Assembly: GCA_003427395.1 (NCBI GenBank)
Contig: BFEA01000007.1
Location: forward strand, 6,407,841-6,471,840
Direction of reading: 5' to 3'
From: Chara braunii
Lineage: Eukaryota; Plantae; Charophyceae
DNA length: 64,000 nucleotides
Positions 1 to 12,360 of the stretch are shown one piece after another. Position numbers and translations under genes: made by a program. Every line of letters begins with the position of its first letter. The stretch's first letter is position 1. The notes beneath the pieces were generated by a model. That model searched no databases and was not told where the DNA came from. It saw only the letters and a list, made by a program, of their open reading frames with translations.

Positions 1-249
1 TGCAGCATGCAGCATGTCAGTGGCGGGGAGCACAAGGGCAGGCGCTGACCTCCAAAAAAAAAAAGGAAGTAATTTTATTGCAATACACAAGTTTTCTCTT
101 TTCAAAATCCGAATAGAAAGGGTACGTGTTATATTCGAATACAATATGTACGTTTTCTATTCGAGGAGCTTTGCTATTCGCGAAAAGTGCACCTGCACCG
201 TTTCAATTTTGAAAATTTTGAAAATGGCTTAAGGACCTCGGCCTCCTAC

Positions 250-590
250 GGGCAGCTACCGGTCCTACGCGGTCCTGGCCCTTGCAAGGCCCCAAAACCT
301 CAAATGCCCACCCTCCCGACGACCACCGACGTTGAAATTTGATTGACGTTGAAATGTCTCAGAGGGGGAAAACGCAACCCTGACGGGTTGCGAATTCGAG
401 GTACTCTACTATTCGAGAAAAGTGCACCCACACCGTTTCAATATGGGCAGCTACCGGTCCTACGCGGTCCTGGCCCTTGCGAAGCCCCAAAACCTTAAAA
501 TGCTCACCCTCCCGACGACCACGACGTTGAAATTTGATTGACGTTGAAATGTATCAGGGGGGGAAAACGCAACCCTGACGGGCTGCGAAC
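250..590. repeat. Imperfect direct duplication of ~145 bp (250-394 and 446-590)
   Basis: GGCAGCTACCGGTCCTACGCGGTCCTGGCCCTTGC...GCAACCCTGACGGG occurs twice. Confidence 0.9.
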
Positions 591-670
591 TGGTGAGTTG
601 CATGTTCTGGGCTCAAGGCGGGGGCCATTAGTTCATCAGGACACGCCTGCATTTCCAGGAGCGGCCTTGT

Positions 671-775
671 CTTAGGGCCAGATCCCACTAGCCCCTATTT
701 TTCATTTATGACCGTTGATCTTCTTAATCGAGGGTGAAAAATGAATAATCCTGGGTAGTGGGATCTGACCGTAAG
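671..775. other. Imperfect ~105-bp inverted repeat (hairpin)
   Basis: CTTAGGGCCAGATCCCACTAGCCC pairs with GGGTAGTGGGATCTGACCGTAAG; the inner arms also pair partially. Confidence 0.75.
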
Positions 776-1536
776 CCGTCCGATGGCAACCCTGAAATTA
801 GGCCCGGTGAAGCCTGGAGTCTCATAGTAACCCTGAACTTTCGTCTGTTTCAGCGTCGAGGCATTTGCTCCGAGCCGTCCGATGGCAAAGGTCGACTTCC
901 AGCGTTGATTCCGGAGTACATGGCGGAAGTGTGAGCGTTTTTTTCAGACAGCAGAGGATGCGGTCGCTCAAGAAAGAGCAACGGATCTTGGAGGGGTGCT
1001 TACCGGCGAAGGACGCCTCAACGGGCGTCTCGTTTGATCGACGTGCCGCGAGCGCTTCTTTGGGCTGACCATCGTGATGTAGGTGGCTCCTGCGCCGGCT
1101 GTTGGGATGAACACTGCAATGGGATCATTTTAGCTTAACCCTCTTCGTATGCTTGCGTTGGCTTTCAGCCACAGAGGTGATCACAACGAGCAGCTCCTAT
1201 CCAATGTGGGGGGCGGAGTGGTGTGCTCAGGCTCAGGAGGCCGTCCCTGCGTTCTATGAAGGAGTGGGTTCCGTTCTTGCGGCTTGCTAATCGGTTTCCA
1301 TGGCTGCCTGTCTGCCTTGGTGCGGAAGGGAACGAGAGGCGTGTGCGTGCAGGTTTCCTTCCAGGAACGTGATGAGACATGTCGTCAGTTGCGGGACACT
1401 GAAGGGTGCGACCTATTAGACTAAGGTGCCGTTCTCCTGAGGCTGACTGTTTTGTCAGTGCATGCCTGGACATCTCATCGAAATGTACTTCCCTTTCATC
1501 CCTGTTTCATCTCTAACGGCAACGCCAAGTTCTTGA

Positions 1537-1757
<221 letters not shown>

Positions 1758-1793
1758 TAGTGGTGGGACGGGGGAATAGCAAGACGGAGAGCG

Positions 1794-3482
1794 ATGAATC
1801 CACAACGAGGCTTTGCTGGAGCAGTCGTCAAGGAAGAGGTGGAAGAGTATGATGCTGGTGTTGAAGTTACGCAGTATGCACCCGGAAACGGTGGCGTGGC
1901 TGTCCCGACGGTGGGTGGAGGAAGGGGAAGAGGCGCGGGAAGGGGAAGGGGCAGGGGGAGAGGTAGGGGAAGGATGGTAGTGAGAGGAGTGGGAAGGGGA
2001 ACAGGAGGCGGTCGAGCGAACAAGTTAGGAGAGAGAGGAAGGTTAAGAATGAGCGCAAGGGGCACTGCGGTTGGCAAAAAACTTGGAAAAGGTGGCAGGG
2101 GGGGAGGAGGACGAGGACGAGGAAGAGGAAGAGGAAGAGGAAGTAGGTTGATACAGGAAGATATACGCGTGGATATGGAAGCTGGACGGCGGGGAATGGT
2201 TGCAGATTCAATTCCTGAGATCAAAACGGAGGTCGAGGAGGAGGAGGATAACAAGGAGAGGGTTCTGGCGCGCATGTTGGTGCTTGGTCTACAGCGGACC
2301 GAAGCGACCGGCAGTGGAGGTGCCACTACCGTGCACACAAAGGCAAACGGGGAGGTTTTCGGGGGGGATGCCGAACGGCGAAGCATTCACGGGGGGACGG
2401 CGGTTATGGGCCGAGGAGGGCGGGCACGGGGCCGAGGGCGCGGGAGAGGGAGGGGAAGGGGACAAGGGAAGGCGCCGACAAAGAAGGTCTCGGTGGGAAG
2501 GGGGCGGGCGGTAGAGAGAGTAATGGGGGTCGGAAGAGGAAGAGGTAGCAGATCATCGGGCAAAGCAGCAGGTATAGGAAGAGGGCAAGGTGCGATAAGA
2601 GGACGCGCAGGAACCGGCGTGGAAGTTGGGGTGTCAGATGGGGAGGGATTAAGGATAGGAGGTACAAAGATGGAGAGGGCGGACGATGGAACAACGGAAC
2701 AGACAGGAGAAGCAGGGTCTCAGAGGGGGATAGTAAAGAGGCAGCCCGTTGAGAGACCTCTGAGAGGGGGCGTGATAAGGAGAGCGGCAGTACAACGATG
2801 GGTCCGAAAGGGGGGCTCGGTGGGCAAAGCGGCTGATGGGAGAGTCGGAAAGGGTTCCATAAAGGTAGTCTCGGGAAGAATGGGAGTGAAGGAGGGGACG
2901 GGAAGAGGACTGGGAAGAGGACTGGGAAGAGGACTGGGAAGAGGAGGGGCAGGAAGGGGGAGATCAGCAACGAGTCGAGGTGTCGCGAGAAAAACTGCCG
3001 GGAGGGGCAGAGGTAGAGGTGGAAGGGGAAGAGGAGAGGACATGGCGACGAGGGAGGGCAGGTGTGGGAGAAGTGTCGGGAGCAGCAACATGGCAGCAGC
3101 GATGACAGCGAGGAAAAGGCGAGACAGAAGAGAAACAGTATCCGGCTACGACGGCAATGAGCAGGGGGAGGAGGCGGAGGAAGAAGGTTCGGCTGCAATG
3201 AATTCTGAACAGGTACAGACAGCAAGTGCCGGTAGAGCACGCAAAAGAAAACTGCGAGAAGGTTTGGTCGAGGCAGAAGGAAGCGCAGCGGAGAGAACAC
3301 GCAGGACCGCAGCGAACGGTAAAGAGTCCTTGCTGCTGGATCCAGGCAGTTTGCGGGTGATATCGGGAAGGTCTACTGTTCGGCAGAAGCTACCTGAACA
3401 GAGACCTGAACAGATCAGCCTTCTCGAAGACCTAATTCTGCCGTTAGGCTATTGCTGGCGCCCCGGTGCTCGTTATGGATAG
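1794..3482 (+). CDS. Hypothetical 562-aa low-complexity Arg/Gly-rich (RG/RGG-repeat) protein
   Basis: Uninterrupted ORF from ATG; several GRGRGRG tracts alternate with acidic patches; basic KRRDRR/RKRK clusters; no recognisable folded domain; purine-rich composition partly explains the lack of stops. Confidence 0.45.
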   Translation: MNPQRGFAGAVVKEEVEEYDAGVEVTQYAPGNGGVAVPTVGGGRGRGAGRGRGRGRGRGRMVVRGVGRGTGGGRANKLGERGRLRMSARGTAVGKKLGKGGRGGGGRGRGRGRGRGSRLIQEDIRVDMEAGRRGMVADSIPEIKTEVEEEEDNKERVLARMLVLGLQRTEATGSGGATTVHTKANGEVFGGDAERRSIHGGTAVMGRGGRARGRGRGRGRGRGQGKAPTKKVSVGRGRAVERVMGVGRGRGSRSSGKAAGIGRGQGAIRGRAGTGVEVGVSDGEGLRIGGTKMERADDGTTEQTGEAGSQRGIVKRQPVERPLRGGVIRRAAVQRWVRKGGSVGKAADGRVGKGSIKVVSGRMGVKEGTGRGLGRGLGRGLGRGGAGRGRSATSRGVARKTAGRGRGRGGRGRGEDMATREGRCGRSVGSSNMAAAMTARKRRDRRETVSGYDGNEQGEEAEEEGSAAMNSEQVQTASAGRARKRKLREGLVEAEGSAAERTRRTAANGKESLLLDPGSLRVISGRSTVRQKLPEQRPEQISLLEDLILPLGYCWRPGARYG

Positions 3483-3986
3483 ATATATAGATGGATGAAT
3501 AGATGGATAGACAGAGAGATAGACAGATCGACATAAGCATCGTTTATGGGATGAAAAGCACTTGAACCAATCTGTCAATGAAGGGAGGAAGCAAGGGTGG
3601 GATGGAAGAAAGCAGTCAATGAAGGAAGAGAGGTAGTGTTAAAGCAGGGGATGATTGATTCCCCGTGCTGTTGGCGATTATTCATGTTGGAGAGGGACTC
3701 ACCCCTGTAGGGGTTTTGAATTACCAGAGGACAGAGACCGAGGACGTAATGACGAGGAGAACATGATGGTGTAGCTTCCTTTTCTGAAACGGCCTTGGAT
3801 ATCCCCTAGGTGATGCGTGGCGGCTGTGGCATGAACTGGGTGATGGGATGCAGTCGCGGTTGGTGATTACAACGGCAGTTCAGGTAGGTGAAGGGGAATT
3901 GCGATTGTGTACCTGTCTTTCCATTCATCTCCCTTCTCCGTACATGTTGGGCCCCTTTTTACGGCAAGACAAGATTGCTGGGCAGC

Positions 3987-5088
3987 AAAATCAAACAGAG
4001 TGAGGACGAAGCCTGACTTTTGTTCAAGTGCCGAGCAGAATTTCCACCGTATTCTTCACGCCACGTGCATGAGACGATGGCAGGAGCGAATTCCTAGCGG
4101 CAGTTTATTCCGGCGGAATCAGTGTTGTTGGATCGCTGCTAGATTTATCGATCGGTCGCTCCATTGAGTGGATAATCACCGATTGATTGATTGCTTTGAC
4201 CAAATGATCGATCGATTGGTCGATTGGATGGGACGAGTCGCAGATTGATGGATGGAATAGGGCGGGTGGTTAGTCGAGTGGTCCCAAGAGTGAAATCCGT
4301 TGCCTATTGATCCATAGCAGTTAAGTTTGGATGATTATCTTGTGGGGAGATATTGGGGATGGGTTGTTAGGATAATGATGTGCTGGCGCGATTGATCGGC
4401 TGATCGATTGAGTTAATCAATCGTTTTGTGGTTGACTGATCGCTTGCTCGCTGGAAAAAGGAGTTAATTGATCGACTTCTTTGCCTGTTGATGTGAAAGG
4501 TGTAAAACAACATTTTCCGTCTAAGCCAACAAAAGCAAACGGAGCGAGGACGAAGCCGGACTTTTGTTTAAGTGCCTTAAACAGTTTTCGAGAAGAATTT
4601 CCACCGTATTCTTCACGCCACGTGCATGAGACGATGTCAGGAGCGAATTCCTAGCGGCAGTTTTTTTCCGGCGGAATCAGTGTTGGTGGATCGCTGCTAG
4701 ATTTATCGATCGGTCGCTCCATTGAGTGGATAATCACCGATTGATTGATTGCTTTGATCAAATGGTCGATCGATTGGTCGATTGGATGGGACGAGTCACA
4801 GATTGATGGGTGGAATAGGGCGGTTGGTTAGTCGAGTGGTCCGAAGTGTGAAATCCGTTACCTATTGATCCATAGCAGTTAATTAAGTTTTGCTGATGAT
4901 CGTGTGGGGAGATGTTGGGGATGGCTTGTTAGGATAATGATGGCCTGGCGCGATTGATCGGCTTATCGATCGAGTTGATCAATCGTTTTGTGGTTGACTG
5001 ATCGCTTGCTCGCTGGAAGAGGAGTAATTGATCGACTTCTTTGCCTGTTTTGATGTGAAAGGTTTAAAACAACATTTTCCGTCTAAGC
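3987..5088. repeat. Tandem duplication of ~545-560 bp (3987-4526, 4531-5088), rich in GATCG/GATTG motifs
   Basis: Both copies run from GAGGACGAAGCC to AACAACATTTTCCGTCTAAGC, ~90% identical by eye. Confidence 0.93.
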
Positions 5089-6984
5089 TATCATGCTTTC
5101 TCTCTTTGTTTCAGTGCTGAAAGTTGTGGTTCGTTAGTCGGACTGATTCATCTAGTTGTCGGTCGTCGAGGGGGTTCTCACGCGATCATCGGAGCTGTAA
5201 AAGACTCCTGACGGCTGTTACATTTCCTGTTATGCGAGGAGGGTAGCACGGCCCGATCCAGTCTTCCCCCGAACATCAGGCATAGGCGTTGTAAACGAAT
5301 GCAACGCATAGGTTGTTTTCTACTCGAATACAGCGCACGTGTTCTCTTCGAACGGCCCTTATTTTTTGGACTCACGTATATGCGTTCGAGTCGAATTGCT
5401 GAATTTTTCGAAAACTCGAATACAACGCATATTTGTTGCGTTATGTCCGGGGGAAGACAGAATCCCCTTTTTTCCTGTGTTTTTCACGTTGTTAATGTAG
5501 CAGGGTCTGTCTGGATAGGAGGGAGGGCTCATTGTTGTTTTTGTATCCGCTCCTCTCCGTGATGCCTCCTCTGTTTGAAGTTTCGGCCTTGAAGTTACCC
5601 TAGTCCTCAACCCTAGGACCCAGAGGGGCGGGTGTTTTGTGCAGGACTTATGGCGCAGTGGGGTGCCTACGGGCAAATGTTCTCGAGGAGCGTGCCATAT
5701 TACAAACGGCCCCCCTTTTTCTATTAGCTTTCCCTCCTCTCTCCTCGAAAGCCGTCTCTCAATTTCTTGCTTCGTCTTCGTGCTTCGTCTTCCACGGGCA
5801 TTCGTCGAAGCAACTCTTGTAATCAATCTATCAATCAACAAATTGGCCCTGCAGGGCATTGCGCCCCCGCCGCCCTTCTGCGGATGGTTTGTGCTTCCTC
5901 GTCTGGGCCCGCAGCTAGTACAGCAGTATCTTAGCCAACATCGGTAATGTCCGCCTGGTTGGGGGGCAAGGGAAGCCTCCTCCACTGCCAAAAGCGCTTC
6001 TGCTGCGGGTCGTCTCCCTTTTGCCTTGCCCGCCAAGTTCCGAATCAGTGCGATAAGGAACTCTGCCGCCCTTCTGCTGCCGGTCATCAGCTTCGCTTTC
6101 GCACTAAGATTGTGATGCGAACCGGCCCCTGTTGGTTAAGAAGAGGTGCGGGTCGCTGGGTGTCCTCTGTGAGTACTAGTATACGACGCGCGAAAACATT
6201 GCTGAAGAGATGCAAGAAGGAGAAATAGAAAGGAAAAATCTTGAGTTTGTGAAGATGCAGCAAGAACATGTGTCGACGAGGGGGAAAAAGGACAAAAAAA
6301 ATCTTTAACTTGGATGTAAAGAAAGCGACGAGAACACGGAAGTGTGCAATCAAATTGTTATGTTCTGTGATTACGTGTGAACTGATTCGTTCTGTTTACC
6401 ACTCCATAATGCTGGTCGATCGGTCCATCTCCATAATGCTGCTGGTCGATCGGTCCATCAGGTTCAGTTTTATCTTTTTTTCACCTTCAAGGGGCGGTAC
6501 CCCGTGCCAGCCAAGGAATTTCCCATTCTGGTTCCCGCCCCCTCCAGGCTCGGCAAAAATTTGCGCGCAGGGCGTTATTAGGCTCGGCATCAATAGCTGG
6601 ACGGGGTACTTGTGGTTTCAGTCCTGCCCTGTCTATGAGGAGCCCCAAGCTATTAAGTATGTGTAAGTCAATTGTCTTTGTCGATCGCTTCTCAAATTTG
6701 AATCAAAATTTTAGAGTTCAATTGAGTGAAAGAGGAAATGCTGGCCCCTCCACTAGTTTCCCATTTGAGGCAGAACTACTGATTTTGCCTCTGCAACGAC
6801 TCAGACGACTTACTACTGTGCGTAGCTGGCCAGCAGGAGAGGCCAACTGAATTCCGGACCAAAGGCAAGCCGATTTTGCAGAGCTGTGCAAATTTCCTGA
6901 CGAAAACTAACAGACTCTCCACGAACGAATGCATTGGTAAGCATTCACCCGCTGGGAGAGAGAGTGTGTGTCGATGAACTAGCG

Positions 6985-6988
<4 letters not shown>

Positions 6989-7031
<43 letters not shown>

Positions 7032-7163
7032 AGTGTCTGTCAAGGAGAGAGGAGTGCAAAACGGCAGATAGCTTGAACATATTGGCGGGATCGGACAGCA
7101 TTTCCTTATGCGACGTAGCAGGAATTCTCAGCATTTCCTTATGTGACGTAGCGGGAATTCTCA
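6989..7163. repeat. (GA)n microsatellite followed by a 33-bp tandem duplication (7098-7163)
   Basis: GCATTTCCTTATGYGACGTAGCRGGAATTCTCA x2. Confidence 0.85.
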
Positions 7164-7481
7164 GCTCGCAGCAGGTGGTGTATTTCTCTCACTCTGTCTG
7201 ATTCCTTGTGGGGGTTCCCCAGTCCAGGTAACACAGGATCGCCAGCTACTGGCAGTACTGGACACCTACGTATGTCGGCAGACGGGGAAGTGACAAGATG
7301 CTGTCGCCGTTAAGGGCCTCGCCTTCTCTGCGCGGATTGAGCATGCGCCCTTGCACGTGAGCAAGACCTAGAACCTGAAACACTAGAAGACACGACACTG
7401 TTAGCTGTGTGTACATGTGGACGTGAAGGTCCAAGGAGCTCGATCTCCATGTGCTTGCAGCGTGTTCCTTTTCGGTCGGTT

Positions 7482-7640
7482 GGGGGCTTCCTGCCTCACC
7501 TATAGTATCCCTGGTAGTCAATGCTTGGACGTGGGATGGAAACAGGTAGTAGGTTTTACGTGGGGGCTTCCTGGCTCACCTATAGTATCCCTGGTAGTCA
7601 ATGCTTGGACGTGGGATGGAAACAGGTAGTAGGTCTTACG
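7482..7640. repeat. ~80-bp tandem duplication
   Basis: GGGGCTTCCTG.CTCACCTATAGTATCCCTGG...GGTAGTAGGT.TTACGT x2. Confidence 0.92.
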
Positions 7641-9366
7641 TAGCAAGCCCAGCAGGGCTCGCGAGGTGGTCATGAGTTTGTCGTTAAGGGGTAGAGTAGA
7701 TCTTGTTCTGGACATGTCCTTACGAAGTGGATGATCTACAGACTACGCACGCACAGTTCACCTATTGATTGTACAGCGAGTCCTGTTGATTGCACAGTTG
7801 GCCGTACGATGCTTGACATTTATGTACGTAACAGGCAGATCTTTAGTGGACTACCGACACAGACTCGCAATGTGCTCTCCCAATCGTTTGCTCGAGGGAT
7901 GTGACTGTGGGGAGGTGTACTCACACGTGCTTTACCGGATCAGAACGTCTTTTCACCCGACTTTTCAATGCCCAAAGCCGCACAGTAGATCACCTTGCAA
8001 CGAACTGGTGTAGCTCAGTTCGTACTGCCCTGAACTGGAAATACAGACCCAAGTTCAAACTTGACTGGAAGCAGATGAATGAAATCTAAACTACTCAGTT
8101 GCCAAGTGCGGGTCAGTTTGATGATGATATGTCAAGGGAGACGGAAAAAAAAAAACAGCTTGTGAGGTCGTCTGTTGTCCTTTCTTACACGTTGTCTGGC
8201 AGCATGCAAAGAGCTGCGATGAACTGGGTGCCTGTGTACTCACGTCTGACATCCAGCGTGAGAAAGTCACAAGTGCGTGCCTTTTGCACTCTTTTCTTGA
8301 TCTTCCCCTTTGGGAAAGCACAGGTGTAATTCACTCAGAAGGCGTGGCAGCGGCCGGAAGAGGAACAAAGTGCTTCTGTCGCACTTCAAGCCGGCCATCA
8401 GGCGGAGATTAGGCCTGCTGATTCCGTCCGTTCTTTCAGCCAGAGAGTAGAATCATAGCGGGAATATGGGCCTCTGTGCACAACTCGCCAATCCCTGACG
8501 TATTTGGTGAGTACTCAATATCGCTATTCTTCTTGGGGAGTACTCGATATCGCTAATCTTCTTGGGAAGCTCATCTTCGCTACTGTAGTCTTCGGCAGAA
8601 ACTTGCCAACCTCCGCCTTCGCTGCACAAACTCGCCACACTCGCCAATCTCCCTGACGTTGTGGGCGTCCTTTACCTCTCGTCCTCTGTTGTATTCACGG
8701 CTGGCCTCTGAGTCTAACCAAACTTGGAATTCTTTTCTTTGGTGAGCTCTGAGATGACGCTAATCCTGTTAACCTTGGTCAAATTCTTTGGTGAGCTCTG
8801 ACTGTTAACCTTGGTCTGAAAAAAAAACATTAGCGAGTGTTTCGAGAGATCCTGTCGTGCTGAAGTCGAGAATTTGCGAGTTGTGCAGTGAGCCACGTAT
8901 CGTGAATGTCGTCGAGGAGTCCTGGAGGCAACGAGTGTTACATGAGTGAGCAGTCGTTAAGAGCCTTTTGAGGGTCAACTGAATACCGGCTGTGGCAGCC
9001 TACATTGAGCCATTGGCCAGGTTTCAGTGGAGGTGAGATGGCATAACGAGGGTCAAAAGAGTCTTTGCTTGAGACAGTGTCGCCGTGTAACCCCATGCAC
9101 AAATGACCCTGACTAGTTAGTACCTGCTTTGCCGCATCCTCTCGAATCCCTGAGAGAAAAACAAGTAGATAGCTGCCCGAATGATGGTTTCCGGACAGCC
9201 TAGTACGGCACACGGAGACCAGTTGATGTAGTAGCTAAGTGGGTTAGCTCCGGAGCTGCAAGGGAGGAGGTGCAGGGTTTGATTATGATCAGCCCATGAC
9301 ATCATATAGGACAAATATAGCTGAGGAGCAGGCAGGTATGGGCCAAGTAGGCCTGGTGATTATTCA

Positions 9367-10256
9367 GGCCTAGGGGCGTGGATGATCACGGAGTGGGTTG
9401 GGCCGCAGGCGGGATTTGTAGAGGAGGGTTTGTCTGTGTTTGATGACAAATAGGCCACAGAGCAGGCCCAGTTGTTGACAGATGTATGGGAGCTGACGGT
9501 GGCCGTGTACCTACTGATGAACGAGACCGGAGCTGCTCTGGGTGATGACAGATAAAACTACAGCGACTAGAGGGGTCTAGCTATGAGCGGGGTATGGGGA
9601 TGGATGGCGGCCAAGTACCTACTGGTGACAGCGGCTAGAGTACCTCCAGATGATGAACAACCAGTCCTAGGGGGTGGATGATCACGGAGTGGGTTGGGCC
9701 GCAGGTGGGATTTGTAGAGGAGGGTTTGTCTGTGTTTGATGACAAATAAACCACAGAGCAGGCCCAGTTGTTGACAGATGTATGGGAGTCGACGGTGGCC
9801 GTGTACCTACTGATGAACGAGACCGGAGCTGCTCTGGGTGATGACAAATAAAACTACAGCGACTAGTGGGGTCTAGCTATGAGCGGGGTATGGGGATGGA
9901 TGGCGGCCAAGTACCTACTGGTGACAGCGGCTAGAGTACCTCCAGATGATGAACAACCAGGCCTAGGGGGGTGGATGATCACGGAGTGGGTTGGGCCGCA
10001 GGTGGGATTTGTAGAGGAGGGTTTGTCTGTGTTTGATGACAAATAAGCCACAGAGCAGGCCCAGTTGTTGACAGATGTATGGGAGCCGACGGTGGCCGTG
10101 TTCCTAGTGATGAACGAGACCGGAGCTGCTCTGGGTGATGACAGATAAAACTACAGCGACTAGAGGGGTCTAGCTATGAGCGGGGTATGGGGATGGATGG
10201 CGGCCAAGTACCTACTGGTGACAGCGGCTAGAGTACCTCCAGATGATGAACAACCA
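9367..10256. repeat. Three near-identical ~296-bp tandem units
   Basis: Unit CCTAGGGG.GTGGATGATCACGG...CCAGATGATGAACAACCA starts at ~9367, ~9664 and ~9960. Confidence 0.95.
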
Positions 10257-11455
10257 ACAATGACCACAAAAACAGCAGTACAACCACAAGCAACTGGAGA
10301 GGGGTCTACTGGGTGACTAAGGTAGGGAGGCTGATGGTGGCCGTATACCCTGATCATAGGTTGTATAAACATCAACAACTGATACTAGCTGTGTTAGGTG
10401 GTGGGTGTATCCGGGTTTCTCAGGGGGTGTCATAGGTTAGACCTTGGCTAGGAGGGACCATTAGACACTGCCTGTGATATATAGGTTTTGCACGATTAGA
10501 CCCATTGGGCCTGTAAAAAGGACTCTTACGCTAGCACCCGAAGTACCCGTCCGGCAGGGCTTGCTCGAGCATGCTTCAACCAGGAATGGGCGGGGCTCCT
10601 GCTCAGCCCTGGTGGCTGCACCTGCAACCGCTGTCCAGTCAGGTCACCTTGCCTAAGTGGTAGAAGGGTGATGGTCCTGAGTGGGAGACACCGAGGTAGG
10701 ACTGGGGGATTGCGAGTGTGTCGGGAGAAATTCATGAGAGGACGGGTTGATGGGGGTCTCATAAAGGGTAGGGCCGTCGGAAAGAAAAAAAGGAAGATGG
10801 CTTCATGACGCTCTTGAATTCCATCAGACTGCCTGACCTGCAAAGGAGCAATTTGGAGAGACTTTGCTGACACCAACAAAGCTGGCTTTGAAACTGGTGA
10901 GTGTCACACATGGCCAGACCGATCTCCTGTCAGCATTGCTCATGGTTGGAGAGTGCTCTCGAACCTAGCTGCGCTCTCTCCTGATTGATTGTTAAGTGCT
11001 TGAAAGACTGCGCACCGTGTGAGCGCTACGTCCCGGTCTGAAGCCACATGAATAAGTGGAAAAGCGGGGTTCATAAATAGGTTCTAAGATCACTCTAACA
11101 TTGTCTCAGCGGTTGGTATTCAAACTGCCACTCACATCATCTCAGTAGCATGCAATTGCACTGCAACACGCATTGTCTCAGGAGCTGGTGGATGGGTTAA
11201 ATAAATTTGTCCAAAAGTTGCCATGCATATCGCCACAGCAGCTTATGTCCCAAACCTGCAGCTCAGCTCAGTCGGTTAGGCACGCAACTGTTACTCTTGG
11301 TGCCAGCAAACTGAGATAGTTGGCTTGCTCCCCTTGTTAGGTATTGGTAGGGTCTCTGGCTATCACGGGTGTGCTTGTGGCTGCTGGTTGTGTGTGGTGT
11401 GTGGGAGACTGTTGCAGCACTCTTGGTGCCAGCAAACTGAGATAGTTGGCTTGCT

Positions 11456-12360
11456 NNNNNNNNNNNNNNNNNNNNNNNNNNNNNNNNNNNNNNNNNNNNN
11501 NNNNNNNNNNNNNNNNNNNNNNNNNNNNNNNNNNNNNNNNNNNNNNNNNNNNNNNNNNNNNNNNNNNNNNNNNNNNNNNNNNNNNNNNNNNNNNNNNNNN
11601 NNNNNNNNNNNNNNNNNNNNNNNNNNNNNNNNNNNNNNNNNNNNNNNNNNNNNNNNNNNNNNNNNNNNNNNNNNNNNNNNNNNNNNNNNNNNNNNNNNNN
11701 NNNNNNNNNNNNNNNNNNNNNNNNNNNNNNNNNNNNNNNNNNNNNNNNNNNNNNNNNNNNNNNNNNNNNNNNNNNNNNNNNNNNNNNNNNNNNNNNNNNN
11801 NNNNNNNNNNNNNNNNNNNNNNNNNNNNNNNNNNNNNNNNNNNNNNNNNNNNNNNNNNNNNNNNNNNNNNNNNNNNNNNNNNNNNNNNNNNNNNNNNNNN
11901 NNNNNNNNNNNNNNNNNNNNNNNNNNNNNNNNNNNNNNNNNNNNNNNNNNNNNNNNNNNNNNNNNNNNNNNNNNNNNNNNNNNNNNNNNNNNNNNNNNNN
12001 NNNNNNNNNNNNNNNNNNNNNNNNNNNNNNNNNNNNNNNNNNNNNNNNNNNNNNNNNNNNNNNNNNNNNNNNNNNNNNNNNNNNNNNNNNNNNNNNNNNN
12101 NNNNNNNNNNNNNNNNNNNNNNNNNNNNNNNNNNNNNNNNNNNNNNNNNNNNNNNNNNNNNNNNNNNNNNNNNNNNNNNNNNNNNNNNNNNNNNNNNNNN
12201 NNNNNNNNNNNNNNNNNNNNNNNNNNNNNNNNNNNNNNNNNNNNNNNNNNNNNNNNNNNNNNNNNNNNNNNNNNNNNNNNNNNNNNNNNNNNNNNNNNNN
12301 NNNNNNNNNNNNNNNNNNNNNNNNNNNNNNNNNNNNNNNNNNNNNNNNNNNNNNNNNNNN
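11456..12360. other. Assembly gap (905 N)
   Basis: N run; a 34-bp repeat (11296-11329 = 11422-11455) just before it suggests a collapsed tandem array. Confidence 1.
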
